Numbered from the stretch's first letter, positions 18,234 to 28,774 are shown. The stretch: 56,717 nt of DNA from Clostridia bacterium (GCA_017935225.1 JAGBIA010000109.1:1-56717); one strand, 5' to 3'. A program made the numbers and translations. The notes: generated by a model not told the origin, from the letters alone.

Positions 18234-19418
18234 ATGGATCAAAAAGATAATCTTTCCGTCGAGGCTGCCGAGGCAGTTGAAGCTATCGAGCAGATCGATG
18301 CCGCAGAGCCGACGGATATACAGAGCATAGAAAAAAAGCCGAGATTGCCGATCGTTTGCATAGTTATCTACGCGATCGCCGCGCTCTGCGCCATTCTCTA
18401 TGTTATCTTCCTGCTCTCCCCCGAGTTTTCGGACTTCTTTAACAAAAATATCTCGCCATTCGTCCGAGTGCCGCTCTCAATGCTCACGGGATGGATCCCC
18501 TTCTCGCTCGCCGAGCTTCTGCTTCTCTTCGCGCCCTTTGCGGTAGTGGCGATCGTGGTTTACGGCATCAAGAAATTCTCGTCGAGCTGGCGACATGTCG
18601 CTGTATACTGTCTTAGCATACTCTCGCTCGCCGCTTACGTTTTCTCGACCTTTACGCTCGGATTCGTGCCTGCTTACAGAGGATCAAGACTCGATCAGAA
18701 GATGGGGCTCGATAAGCAGCCCGTCAGCGCAGAAGAGCTTTACGACACCGCCACTATCGTGGTCAGCGAGCTGAATGAGCTTCACAGCAAGATAAACTAC
18801 AGCGCGAGCACAAATTTCTCGGTAATGCCCTACGGCTACGACGAGCTCAACCGCAAGCTTCTTGACGCTTATGAGATAGCAAGCGAGAAATACGATTTTA
18901 TCGATACCTTTGACAGTCGCGTCAAGCGAGTCATGCTCAGCGAGCCTATGACCTATACGCACATCAGCGGCGTTTACACCTTCTTTACGGGTGAGGCAAA
19001 TCTCAATACCAACTTCCCCGACTACACTCTCCCCTTCACCGCGGCTCACGAGCTTGCGCACCAGAGGGGAATTGCAAGAGAGGACGAGGCAAACTTCGTT
19101 GCTTTCCTCGTCTGCATCTGCTCGGATGACGATTACATTCGCTATTCGGGTTATCTCAATCTCTACGAATATCTCTCGGGTCCGCTCTCGCGTGCAAACA
19201 AGGATTACTACACCGTCATCTACTACGCGATGCCCGAAAATATCCTTCTTGAGATGAGGGCTTACTCCAAGTTCTTCGACAAATACCGCGAGAACATAGC
19301 CGAAAAGGTCTCCGAGAAGGTCAACGATTCTTTCCTCACCATAAACGGCACGGAGGGCACAAAGAGTTACGGCATGGTAGTGGATCTTGCGGTAGCATAC
19401 TACAAGGACCTGGACTGA
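18234..19418 (+). CDS. DUF3810-like membrane metalloprotease-fold protein
   Basis: N-terminal TM helices, then FTAAHELAHQRGIAREDEANFVAFL (HExxH followed by an E). 394 aa. Confidence 0.65.
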   Translation: MDQKDNLSVEAAEAVEAIEQIDAAEPTDIQSIEKKPRLPIVCIVIYAIAALCAILYVIFLLSPEFSDFFNKNISPFVRVPLSMLTGWIPFSLAELLLLFAPFAVVAIVVYGIKKFSSSWRHVAVYCLSILSLAAYVFSTFTLGFVPAYRGSRLDQKMGLDKQPVSAEELYDTATIVVSELNELHSKINYSASTNFSVMPYGYDELNRKLLDAYEIASEKYDFIDTFDSRVKRVMLSEPMTYTHISGVYTFFTGEANLNTNFPDYTLPFTAAHELAHQRGIAREDEANFVAFLVCICSDDDYIRYSGYLNLYEYLSGPLSRANKDYYTVIYYAMPENILLEMRAYSKFFDKYRENIAEKVSEKVNDSFLTINGTEGTKSYGMVVDLAVAYYKDLD

Positions 19419-19451
19419 CGCGGCATATTTTGATTTTTTATGGAGGTAGAT

Positions 19452-20711
19452 ATGGATAATAAACTTATCATCCGCGGCGGAAAACCGCTGTACGGCGACG
19501 TTAAGATCAGCGGAATGAAGAACTCCGCGCTCCCCGTTATCTTTGGCACTATTGCCACGGGCGACGTCTGTACCATAAAAAATCTCCCTGATATCAGCGA
19601 CATCTCGCTCGCACTCGAGACGCTCGAGATGGTGGGCGCGAGCGTTCGCTTCATCGATACCTCTACCGCCATCATAGACACTCGCAAGGTGACTATGAAG
19701 AGTCCGCCGCTCGAATACGTCAGTAAGATGCGTGCCTCGACCTATATGCTGGGAGCTATGCTCGGAAGATTCGGTCGAGCTGAGGTCGGTTATCCCGGCG
19801 GATGCGATTTCGGCGCTCGCCCGATAAATCTGCACCTCAAGGGCTTTGAAACTCTGGGCGCGAAGATCACCTACTCGACGAGCGGTATGATCACCTGCGA
19901 GACTCCTGTCGGACTTAAGGGCAACTTCGTTTACCTCGACATCGCATCGGTAGGCGCGACCATCAACGTTATGCTTGCCGCCGCGCTTGCAGATGGCACT
20001 ACGGTCATTGAAAATGCCGCACGCGAGCCGCATATCGTCGATATGGCTTGCTTCCTCAACGCCTGCGGAGCCAAGATCTCGGGCGCGGGAACAAGTATGA
20101 TAAGAATTCGCGGAGTAGAGTCGCTCCACGGCTGTACTTACGAGCTCGCACCCGATATGATAGAAGCGGGAACTTATATGGTAGCCGCCGCGGCGACCAG
20201 AGGACGCGTGTGTGTTAAGAATATTATTCCGAAGCATATGGAATCTGTCAGCACCAAGCTACGCGAGATCGGAATTCCCGTCCACGTTCAAGACGACTCT
20301 ATCACGGTCACAGGGCTTGAGGGCTTCCGAGGCACCGAGATCAGAACCAACCCCTACCCCGGATTTCCCACCGATATGCACCCTCAGTTCAGCGCACTGC
20401 TCGCGCTCTCAAGAGGTGTCAGCAGAGTATCCGAGGGCATATACCCCGAGAGATTTAAGTATGTTCCCGAGCTCAATAAAATGGGCGCGAACATAGAGGT
20501 CATCGATGGCTCTGCGCTGATAAACGGAGTTGAAACGCTGCACGGAGCAGAGGTCAAAGCAAGCGACCTTCGCGCAGGCGCGTGTCTGGTCATCGCCGCG
20601 CTCGCCGCTGACGGAGTCACGACCATCTCGAGCATTGAGTACATAGACCGCGGCTACGAGGATCTTGTCGAAAAGCTCAAATTCCTCGGTGCTGATATAA
20701 AGAGAGTATAA
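19452..20711 (+). CDS. murA: UDP-N-acetylglucosamine 1-carboxyvinyltransferase
   Basis: ATG 19452 after GGAGG. LIIRGGKPLYGDVKISGMKNSALPV, active-site GGCDFGARPINLHLKG, C-terminal IDRGYEDLVEKL. Confidence 0.93.
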   Translation: MDNKLIIRGGKPLYGDVKISGMKNSALPVIFGTIATGDVCTIKNLPDISDISLALETLEMVGASVRFIDTSTAIIDTRKVTMKSPPLEYVSKMRASTYMLGAMLGRFGRAEVGYPGGCDFGARPINLHLKGFETLGAKITYSTSGMITCETPVGLKGNFVYLDIASVGATINVMLAAALADGTTVIENAAREPHIVDMACFLNACGAKISGAGTSMIRIRGVESLHGCTYELAPDMIEAGTYMVAAAATRGRVCVKNIIPKHMESVSTKLREIGIPVHVQDDSITVTGLEGFRGTEIRTNPYPGFPTDMHPQFSALLALSRGVSRVSEGIYPERFKYVPELNKMGANIEVIDGSALINGVETLHGAEVKASDLRAGACLVIAALAADGVTTISSIEYIDRGYEDLVEKLKFLGADIKRV

Positions 20712-20727
20712 CCGCATAAATATAAAA

Positions 20728-20759
20728 AGCAGAGAATTTTTAGGTTCTCTGCTCTTTTC
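20728..20759. terminator. Bidirectional intrinsic terminator between convergent genes
   Basis: AGCAGAGAA / TTCTCTGCT stem, flanked by an A-run upstream and CTTTT downstream. Confidence 0.65.
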
Positions 20760-20776
20760 ATTGGTTTATTAGTTTA

Positions 20777-21241
20777 TTAGTTTGAAAGCACCTTTACCAC
20801 TGCTTTTCTGACGGGTGCGGGGGTATCTGCCGCGATGGCGGGCGCGTGGGGCTCTTCTGTAAAGAGAATGACGAAATCGCCGCGCGTGAGTCTGACCTTG
20901 TCGTACTCACCGTTCAGCGCGTAAAGCATATAATCCGCGCTCTCGTCGTATTCCTTTGTGAGCGTGAGCTTATCCGCGCTCTCATATCCGATGATTTCCT
21001 CGCCCTCGAGCATAAGCTGGATATCTATGTATCTCTTGTGCGCCTCAAAGCCGCAATCGCTCTCGGGCTTCGAGCTATAGGACTGCACGTTGATAAAAAG
21101 GCTGTCGCCGTCGAGGACTATTTTTCCGTCCTCTGCGCCCTCGGCAAGTATTCTCTTCATTTCCTCAAATGCCTTTGCAAACTGCGGATGAAGCGACGCA
21201 TAGCGTTCAAGATCCTTGGAATTTATATTCGTAACTATCAT
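20777..21241 (-). CDS. YhcH/YjgK/YiaL (EbgC-like, DUF386) family protein
   Basis: 154 aa. HPQFAKAFE..., FEAHKRYIDIQLMLEGEE.IGY, FTEEPHAP pattern of the family. Confidence 0.7.
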   Translation of the reverse strand: MIVTNINSKDLERYASLHPQFAKAFEEMKRILAEGAEDGKIVLDGDSLFINVQSYSSKPESDCGFEAHKRYIDIQLMLEGEEIIGYESADKLTLTKEYDESADYMLYALNGEYDKVRLTRGDFVILFTEEPHAPAIAADTPAPVRKAVVKVLSN

Positions 21242-21254
21242 TTTTTACTCCTTT

Positions 21255-21803
21255 TTAAAAGCAGAAGCTCTTGTATTCCTCGCCCTCAAGCGTGCGGAAG
21301 GAAAATTTACGATCCTCGTAGAGAATATAGCTCTTCGGCGAGCTTTCCTTGGGGATCGAGAGCGAACCGGGGTTGATATAGTAGTTTCCCTCTCCGAATT
21401 CCTCGACCACAGGTACGTGCGTGTGTCCGTGGAGCAGGATGTCGCCCTTTGCGAGCGGCGGAAGCTTTGCAGTGTTGAAATTATGACCGTGAGTCGCGAA
21501 AATACGCAGTCCGTCGACCGAAATATACGCATAATCCGCGAGTATCGGGAACTGAAGCACCATCTGGTCGACCTCGGTGTCGCAGTTGCCGCGCACCGCG
21601 AGGATATCGTTCTTGAGCGGATTGAGCAGCTCTATCACCTTTTTTGGCGCATAACCCGCGGGCAGATCGTTGCGAGGTCCGTGATAGAGCAGGTCACCGA
21701 GCAGAACAAGTCTCTCTGCGCCGCTCTCGCGGTAGATCTCGACAAGTCTCTCGCAGGTCTGTGCGTCTCCGTGAATGTCGGATGCTATAATAAGTCTTGC
21801 CAT
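21255..21803 (-). CDS. YfcE-type metallophosphoesterase (phosphodiesterase)
   Basis: IIASDIHGD, LLGDLLYHGPRN, VRGNCD and THGH motifs. 182 aa. Confidence 0.8.
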   Translation of the reverse strand: MARLIIASDIHGDAQTCERLVEIYRESGAERLVLLGDLLYHGPRNDLPAGYAPKKVIELLNPLKNDILAVRGNCDTEVDQMVLQFPILADYAYISVDGLRIFATHGHNFNTAKLPPLAKGDILLHGHTHVPVVEEFGEGNYYINPGSLSIPKESSPKSYILYEDRKFSFRTLEGEEYKSFCF

Positions 21804-21812
21804 GGTCTCTCC

Positions 21813-23063
21813 TTATCTGACCGCGCCGTCGCCCGTGACGAGATATTTCTCGGTCGTGAGCGCGTAAAGTCCCATCGGTCCGCGAACGTGGAGCTTCTGA
21901 GTCGAAATTCCTATCTCCGCGCCAAAGCCGAACTCACCGCCGTCGGTAAATCTCGTGGATGCGTTTACGTAAACGGCAACCGAGTCGACCTCGCTCTGGA
22001 AACGGTCGGCAGACTTCATATTCTCAGTAACTATCGCCTCGCTGTGTCCCGTGCTGTATTTATTGATATGCTCGATCGCCTCGTCAAGCGAGTCAACGAT
22101 GCCGAGCGCGACGATATAATCGTCAAATTCGGTCTCAAAGTCCTCTTCTGTGGCGAGCTTGATGCCCTCAAGTATCTTGCAGGAGTCGGCACAGCCGCGG
22201 ATCTCCACGCTATATCCGCCAAACGCGCTCTTGAGCATAGGCAAGAAGCTCTCTGCCACCGCGCGATGAACGAGCACCGTCTCGATCGCGTTGCAGACCG
22301 AGGGGCGCGAGCATTTTGCGTTGACGGCAATCTTCAACGCCTTCTCGAGATCTGCGCTCTCGTCGACATAAAGATGGCAGTTGCCTGCTCCCGTCTCGAT
22401 AACGGGCACCTTGGAGTTCTCCACGCACGCGCGGATAAGTCCCTTTCCGCCGCGAGGAATAAGCACATCGACAAGTCCTCTCATCGACATAAGCGCGTTC
22501 GCGCTCTCGCGAGAGGTCGAGGTGATAAGCCCTACCGCGCCCTCGTCAAATCCGCACTCGGAGAGCGCGAGCTTGATCGAGCGCACGAATTCCTTATTCG
22601 TATTTATAGCCTCCTTGCCGCCGCGAAGCACCACTGCGTTGCCCGTTTTGAGACAGAGCGCGGCAGAATCAACCGTTACGTTGGGGCGAGCCTCGTAGAT
22701 CATTCCGACCACACCGAGCGGAACTCTCACGCGGCGCAGAGTGATACCCGACGGGCGCGACCACACGTCGCCCTTACCTATCGGATCGTCGAGTGCTATC
22801 ACGCTGTAGAGCGAGTCGGCAATTCCCTTTATTCTCGAGTCGTTTATCATAAGTCTGTCGAGCATAGCCTTTGCAACGCCGTTCGCCTCGGCAGATGCAA
22901 GGTCGAGCTTGTTGGCAGAGATGATGCTCTCCGCGTTTTCCAAAAGCAGCTCGGCTATGCGCGAGAGCAGTTTGTTTTTCTTGTCCTCAGATGCAAGAGC
23001 GATGCTGTGAGAGGCGCGCTTCGCGCTCTCGCAGAGAGCTCTTACTTCATTTGCTATATCCAT
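21813..23063 (-). CDS. proA: Glutamate-5-semialdehyde dehydrogenase (gamma-glutamyl phosphate reductase)
   Basis: 416 aa. EARPNVTVD, VLRGGKEA and NASTRFTDGGEFG motifs typical of ProA. Confidence 0.92.
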   Translation of the reverse strand: MDIANEVRALCESAKRASHSIALASEDKKNKLLSRIAELLLENAESIISANKLDLASAEANGVAKAMLDRLMINDSRIKGIADSLYSVIALDDPIGKGDVWSRPSGITLRRVRVPLGVVGMIYEARPNVTVDSAALCLKTGNAVVLRGGKEAINTNKEFVRSIKLALSECGFDEGAVGLITSTSRESANALMSMRGLVDVLIPRGGKGLIRACVENSKVPVIETGAGNCHLYVDESADLEKALKIAVNAKCSRPSVCNAIETVLVHRAVAESFLPMLKSAFGGYSVEIRGCADSCKILEGIKLATEEDFETEFDDYIVALGIVDSLDEAIEHINKYSTGHSEAIVTENMKSADRFQSEVDSVAVYVNASTRFTDGGEFGFGAEIGISTQKLHVRGPMGLYALTTEKYLVTGDGAVR

Positions 23064-23067
23064 TATT

Positions 23068-23577
23068 TTATATCCTTTCGTATACCTCTTCTATCTCGCA
23101 AATATAGAAGGTGTGATAATCCTTTGCCTTGTAGGTAGCCATGACCTCGCTCTCAAGGAAGCATTCCTCTTTTAACTCGTCCTCGTAGAGCTTCTTGCAC
23201 ACGAGCAGTATTCTCGCTTCCTCTATCATCGGCACACCGTCAAGCTCGACTGTGTGAAGTCCGCACTCGGAGAGCTTATCGGTATCTCTGCCGCTCTTCG
23301 TACCGCATAGCTTGAGCGCGTCGCGGTATTCTTCGGGCATAAACGCGACCGAAAATCTCTGCTGCTCGTCAAACAGCTTGTGCGTGTGTCTCTGAGGTCT
23401 TACGTAGCAGATGCAAACGTCCTTGTGCCAAAGCACACCGAGCGCGCCCCAGCTCGCCGTCATAGCGTTTGCGCGTCCGCTCTCCTCGTCCTTTACAGTA
23501 ATAAGCATCCAATCGTCGCCTATCAATTTCATTGCGCTCTCAAGCTCGACAGCGCTTATTCTTCTGAAGCCCTCCAT
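23068..23577 (-). CDS. Flavin reductase-like domain protein
   Basis: 169 aa. NAMTASWGALGVLWHKDVCICYVRPQRHTHKL split-barrel pattern. Confidence 0.6.
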   Translation of the reverse strand: MEGFRRISAVELESAMKLIGDDWMLITVKDEESGRANAMTASWGALGVLWHKDVCICYVRPQRHTHKLFDEQQRFSVAFMPEEYRDALKLCGTKSGRDTDKLSECGLHTVELDGVPMIEEARILLVCKKLYEDELKEECFLESEVMATYKAKDYHTFYICEIEEVYERI

Positions 23578-23607
23578 AAGTCCTCCTTGTGATTTACTTT
23601 AATATAT

Positions 23608-23636
23608 AATATAGCAAAAAAATTGCTTTTCGTCAA
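23608..23636 (-). promoter_or_regulatory. Candidate promoter of the proA cluster
   Basis: On the minus strand: TTGACG (rc 23631-23636), 17-nt spacer, TATATT (rc 23608-23613). Confidence 0.4.
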
Positions 23637-23705
23637 TGTTTTTTAAAAATAAAGTGCAAAAAAATCAAAAATGCGGAATTCTGGTTAAAAAAATAACGAA
23701 AAACT

Positions 23706-23734
23706 ATAGACAAATCCCAAAGAAAGTATTATAA
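23706..23734 (+). promoter_or_regulatory. Candidate promoter of the DAHP synthase gene
   Basis: TAGACA (23706-23711), 17-nt spacer, TATAAT (23729-23734). Confidence 0.45.
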
Positions 23735-23789
23735 TAATATTTATAGCTTTTCGCTAACATTCTACGATTACCCCAGAGGAAAACAAATT

Positions 23790-24821
23790 ATGCAACACAA
23801 CATTCAATTTATCAGAAAACTCCCCATTCCCATGGATATAAAGGCTGAGTATCCGCTCAAGGCTGAATATGCCGCAAAGAGAGCGGTCCGCTGCGCAGAG
23901 ATCGCGGATGTGTTCTCGGGCAAGTCCGACAAGCTCATTCTCGTAATCGGTCCTTGCTCTGCAGACCGTGAGGATGCGGTGCTTGACTATGTCTCGAGAC
24001 TTGCCAAGGTTCAGGAGAAGGTTGAAGACAAGATACTCATCATTCCGAGAATATATACCAACAAGCCCAGAACTACCGGTGACGGATACAAGGGTATGGT
24101 GCATCAGCCCGACCCCTCCGCCGCTGAGGATATGCTCGCAGGACTTATCGCGATCCGCCGCCTGCACACAAAGGCGATCGAGGAGACCGGCTTCTTCTGC
24201 GCAGACGAAATGCTCTACCCCGAGAACTACCGCTACCTCTCGGATCTTCTCGCTTACGTTGCAGTAGGCGCGCGCTCGGTTGAAAATCAGCAGCACAGAC
24301 TTGCGGCAAGCGGAATAGACATCCCCGTAGGTATGAAGAACCCCACGGGCGGCGACATCTCGGTAATGCTCAACTCGATCACCGCCGCTCAGCACTCGCA
24401 TACCTTCCTCTATCGCGGTTGGGAGTGTCGCTCCAAGGGTAACCCCCTTACACACGCTATCCTCCGCGGATACGTCAATAAGCACGGAGAATCGCTCCCC
24501 AACTATCACTACGAGGATCTCGAGCACCTTTGCGTAGAGTACGAGGCGCGCAAGCTTCAGAACCCTGCGCTCATCGTTGATGCTAACCACGCAAACTCGG
24601 GTAAGAAATACTACGAGCAGAGCAGAATTTGCAAGGACGTGCTCCACTCTGCCGCACACTCGCCCGAGATCAAGAAGCTCGTCAAGGGCTTTATGATCGA
24701 GAGCTATATCGAGGACGGCTCGCAGAAGACCTGCGATATTTACGGCAAGTCTATCACCGACCCCTGTCTCGGTTGGGAAAAGACCGAAAGACTCATCTAC
24801 GAGCTTGCCGAACTTTCATAA
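23790..24821 (+). CDS. 3-deoxy-7-phosphoheptulonate (DAHP) synthase, class I
   Basis: 343 aa. LVIGPCS, IPRIYTNKPRTTGDGYKGMVHQPDP, VDANHANS. Confidence 0.88.
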   Translation: MQHNIQFIRKLPIPMDIKAEYPLKAEYAAKRAVRCAEIADVFSGKSDKLILVIGPCSADREDAVLDYVSRLAKVQEKVEDKILIIPRIYTNKPRTTGDGYKGMVHQPDPSAAEDMLAGLIAIRRLHTKAIEETGFFCADEMLYPENYRYLSDLLAYVAVGARSVENQQHRLAASGIDIPVGMKNPTGGDISVMLNSITAAQHSHTFLYRGWECRSKGNPLTHAILRGYVNKHGESLPNYHYEDLEHLCVEYEARKLQNPALIVDANHANSGKKYYEQSRICKDVLHSAAHSPEIKKLVKGFMIESYIEDGSQKTCDIYGKSITDPCLGWEKTERLIYELAELS

Positions 24822-24823
24822 AC

Positions 24824-24866
24824 AAAAAACGATCCGATGCGGAGTTCCGCATCGGATCGTTTTTAT
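24824..24866. terminator. Bidirectional intrinsic terminator
   Basis: AACGATCCGATGCGG / CCGCATCGGATCGTT stem with a 4-nt loop. A6 upstream and T5 downstream. Confidence 0.8.
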
Positions 24867-24870
24867 TTAA

Positions 24871-24969
24871 TCAGCAGCCACAACCGCAGCAGAAGAACAC
24901 TATAATAAGTGCGATGATGATCCACCAGATGTTGTTGTCGCCGAAAAGATTGCAAAGACAGTTATTCAT
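24871..24969 (-). CDS. Tiny Cys-rich single-TM peptide (32 aa), YjcZ/tiny_TM-like
   Basis: It is absent from the ORF track because it is too short. GGAGGATATATT-ATG, then MNNCLCNLFGDNNIWWIIIALIIVFFCCGCGC-TGA. It is followed immediately by the bidirectional terminator. Confidence 0.6.
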   Translation of the reverse strand: MNNCLCNLFGDNNIWWIIIALIIVFFCCGCGC

Positions 24970-25048
24970 AATATATCCTCCGTGAAATGTTGGGGGCTTC
25001 GCCCTCTCGATATCATTCTATGCAGAGGATAGATTTTGGTTACAGATT

Positions 25049-26113
25049 TCAGATGGTGTCTTTAAATTCAACAGGCTTTCCTGCCGCATCAGACTCGAAC
25101 GCAGCCTCCATTACCTTCATAACTCTCATAAGCTCCTTGTGAGTTACGATCTGCTCAGCCTTGCCGTCAACAGCGAGGCAGTAGTTGCGGTAGAAATCGT
25201 GAACATCGGACTTGGGAGAAGGAATGCTGTACTCGGTGATGGTATCCTTGTTTCTGGGTGCCATGGTCTTTGTAAGACCTGCCGCGGTAACTACGGGAAT
25301 AACATCCTTGTCCTCCCAGTTCTTGCAGCAAACGACCTCACAGTCCTTGCCCCAGCCGCGAACGATAGCAGTACCGTTAGTACCGTTCATATAGTGTCTG
25401 GGGAGCGAGATAAAGTGCGAGGTTCCAACCTCAACACGCGCAACGAGACCTTCCTCAAAGTAGATATCAAGCTTGAAGCCGTCGTCTACCTCATAGTTTG
25501 TGATGTGGTCGAATACACAGTAGATGCGCTCGATCTTGCGCTCCTTTGTGATCTGAAGGATCTGGTCGATAAGATGTACGCCCCAGTCAAGCATCATTCC
25601 GCCGCCGTGCTCCTTCTTGCCTCTCCAGTCACCGGGGATACCGTGCGAGCCCTGAACTCTGGACTCCATAGTGAATACCTCGCCGAGATCTCCCGACTCG
25701 TAAACCTGCTTCATCATCAGAAAATCTGCATCCCATCTTCTGTTCTGGTGGGTGGTGAAGAGCTTGCCGGTGCGCTCGGATGCCGCGATGATATCTGCAA
25801 GCTCCTGGCTGCTAAGGCATACGGGCTTCTCGGAAATAACGTTCTTGCCCGCTTCAAGTGCCGCGATAGAAAGGGGCATATGAAGCTCGTTGGGAACTGC
25901 AATTGTTACTATATCTACCTTCTCGTCCGCAAGAACGTCCTCAAAGGAAGAATAAACGTGAATATTCTCGTCACGCGCCGCCTGACGTCTGTCCTCTTTT
26001 ATATCCCAAATGCCGCAAAGCTCTGCAACGTCACTCTTGAGGAGCTTGTTCTTGTGCCAGCCGCCCATGCCGCCAAAGCCTACGATCGCTACGCCTTTTT
26101 TGTTGTTAACCAT
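25049..26113 (-). CDS. Gfo/Idh/MocA family NAD(P)-dependent oxidoreductase
   Basis: N-terminal VAIVGFGGMGGWH Rossmann motif, EKP motif (ISEKPV). 354 aa. Confidence 0.85.
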   Translation of the reverse strand: MVNNKKGVAIVGFGGMGGWHKNKLLKSDVAELCGIWDIKEDRRQAARDENIHVYSSFEDVLADEKVDIVTIAVPNELHMPLSIAALEAGKNVISEKPVCLSSQELADIIAASERTGKLFTTHQNRRWDADFLMMKQVYESGDLGEVFTMESRVQGSHGIPGDWRGKKEHGGGMMLDWGVHLIDQILQITKERKIERIYCVFDHITNYEVDDGFKLDIYFEEGLVARVEVGTSHFISLPRHYMNGTNGTAIVRGWGKDCEVVCCKNWEDKDVIPVVTAAGLTKTMAPRNKDTITEYSIPSPKSDVHDFYRNYCLAVDGKAEQIVTHKELMRVMKVMEAAFESDAAGKPVEFKDTI

Positions 26114-26188
26114 ACCCTTTTCCTTTCACTGTCGCACAGTAATATCTTTAGAAATTCAAAGTTTGGGAGAAATATTCCCTACAACAAT

Positions 26189-26217
26189 ATTTTGCCACCT
26201 TTTGTCTTATATGTCAA
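26189..26217 (-). promoter_or_regulatory. Candidate promoter of the oxidoreductase gene
   Basis: On the minus strand: TTGACA (rc 26212-26217), 17-nt spacer, CAAAAT (rc 26189-26194). Confidence 0.35.
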
Positions 26218-26325
26218 GTAAATATATCTAAATGAGCAATATTTGTCTCATTTTTTACAAGTTTATGCGAATAATCCGATAAGTACGCTCAAGTGTCGAA
26301 ATAGGACAACCAAAGCTCATAAGTT

Positions 26326-26445
26326 TTTTGATTTTCACGTCGGCGCGTCCTGTGGACGATGAAGCCGACGCGAAAATAGGAAAAAACAAGGAGTATCGAG
26401 CGGGTGCCACGCGTTCACGCTCGAGACGACTATGTTTTTGACCGA
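26326..26445. repeat. 120-bp intergenic repeat, copy A
   Basis: It differs from 54017-54136 at 5 of 120 positions by my count. It contains the hairpin CGTCGGC...GCCGACG. Confidence 0.85.
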
Positions 26446-26497
26446 ACTCTTTTTTTCAAAAAAGAAGAAAAATATTTAAAAAATTATAAAAACCCTC

Positions 26498-26526
26498 TTG
26501 AGAAATTGCGAAAAATATTATATAAT
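26498..26526 (+). promoter_or_regulatory. Sigma-A promoter of lepA
   Basis: TTGAGA (26498-26503), 17-nt spacer, TATAAT (26521-26526). Confidence 0.55.
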
Positions 26527-26580
26527 ATAGAGTGAAGATTTATTGCAACTTTGAAAGAAATTAAAGACTCGGAGAAAAAG

Positions 26581-28401
<1,821 letters not shown>

Positions 28402-28433
28402 GGCACAGTTTGGCATAAAATTCGCTTTCGCCC

Positions 28434-28462
28434 TTGACATAGAGATTATTTTATGGTAAAAT
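28434..28462 (+). promoter_or_regulatory. Sigma-A promoter upstream of tRNA-Leu
   Basis: TTGACA (28434-28439), 17-nt spacer, TGgTAAAAT (28454-28462). Flanked by the 11-bp inverted repeat CGCTTTCGCCC (28423-28433) / GGGCGAAAGCG (28472-28482). Confidence 0.55.
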
Positions 28463-28486
28463 TTCTTGGTAGGGCGAAAGCGCGCC

Positions 28487-28521
28487 TTCACTTTTCACTT
28501 TTCACTCTTCACTTTTCACTC
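28487..28521. repeat. Heptamer tandem repeat (CTTTTCA/CTCTTCA, about 4.5 units)
   Basis: TTCA-CTTTTCA-CTTTTCA-CTCTTCA-CTTTTCA-CTC, immediately 5' of the tRNA fragment. Confidence 0.8.
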
Positions 28522-28525
28522 AAAT

Positions 28526-28547
28526 GCGGGTGTGGCGGAATTGGCAG
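28526..28547 (+). pseudogene. Orphan duplicate of the first 22 nt of tRNA-Leu
   Basis: GCGGGTGTGGCGGAATTGGCAG is identical to 28692-28713 (acceptor 5' arm through the D-loop). Homology to the tRNA then stops. Confidence 0.8.
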
Positions 28548-28691
28548 CTTGGAAAGCGAGCGCGCCCGGTGGGCGATGAAGCGAGCTCGACAAGGCGCAG
28601 CAACAACGAGTATCGCGAGTGTGAGCGAGTAAGACGACTATGTTGCAAGCCGTACCGCGCAAAACAACAGAACAGCAGACAAATTTTATTC
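28548..28691. repeat. Diverged member of the 120-bp repeat family, between the 22-bp direct repeats
   Basis: It shares GCGCG.CC.GTGG.CGATGAAGC, CAA.GAGTATCG and AGACGACTATGTT blocks, in the same order, with copies A and B. Confidence 0.6.
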
Positions 28692-28774
28692 GCGGGTGTG
28701 GCGGAATTGGCAGACGCGCAAGATTTAGGATCTTGTGTTAATTCGTGCAGGTTCAAGTCCTGTCACCCGCACCA
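28692..28774 (+). tRNA. tRNA-Leu, anticodon UAG, CCA encoded
   Basis: Acceptor GCGGGTG/CACCCGC. Anticodon arm CAAGA-TTTAGGA-TCTTG (TAG). Long variable region. T-arm GCAGG-TTCAAGT-CCTGT. 3' ACCA. Confidence 0.9.

Noticed and set aside
28423-28482. Invertible promoter switch at the tRNA-Leu promoter (11-bp inverted repeats).
   Set aside because: The enclosed segment is only 38 bp and no recombinase is nearby. I kept it only as a low-interest structural observation.
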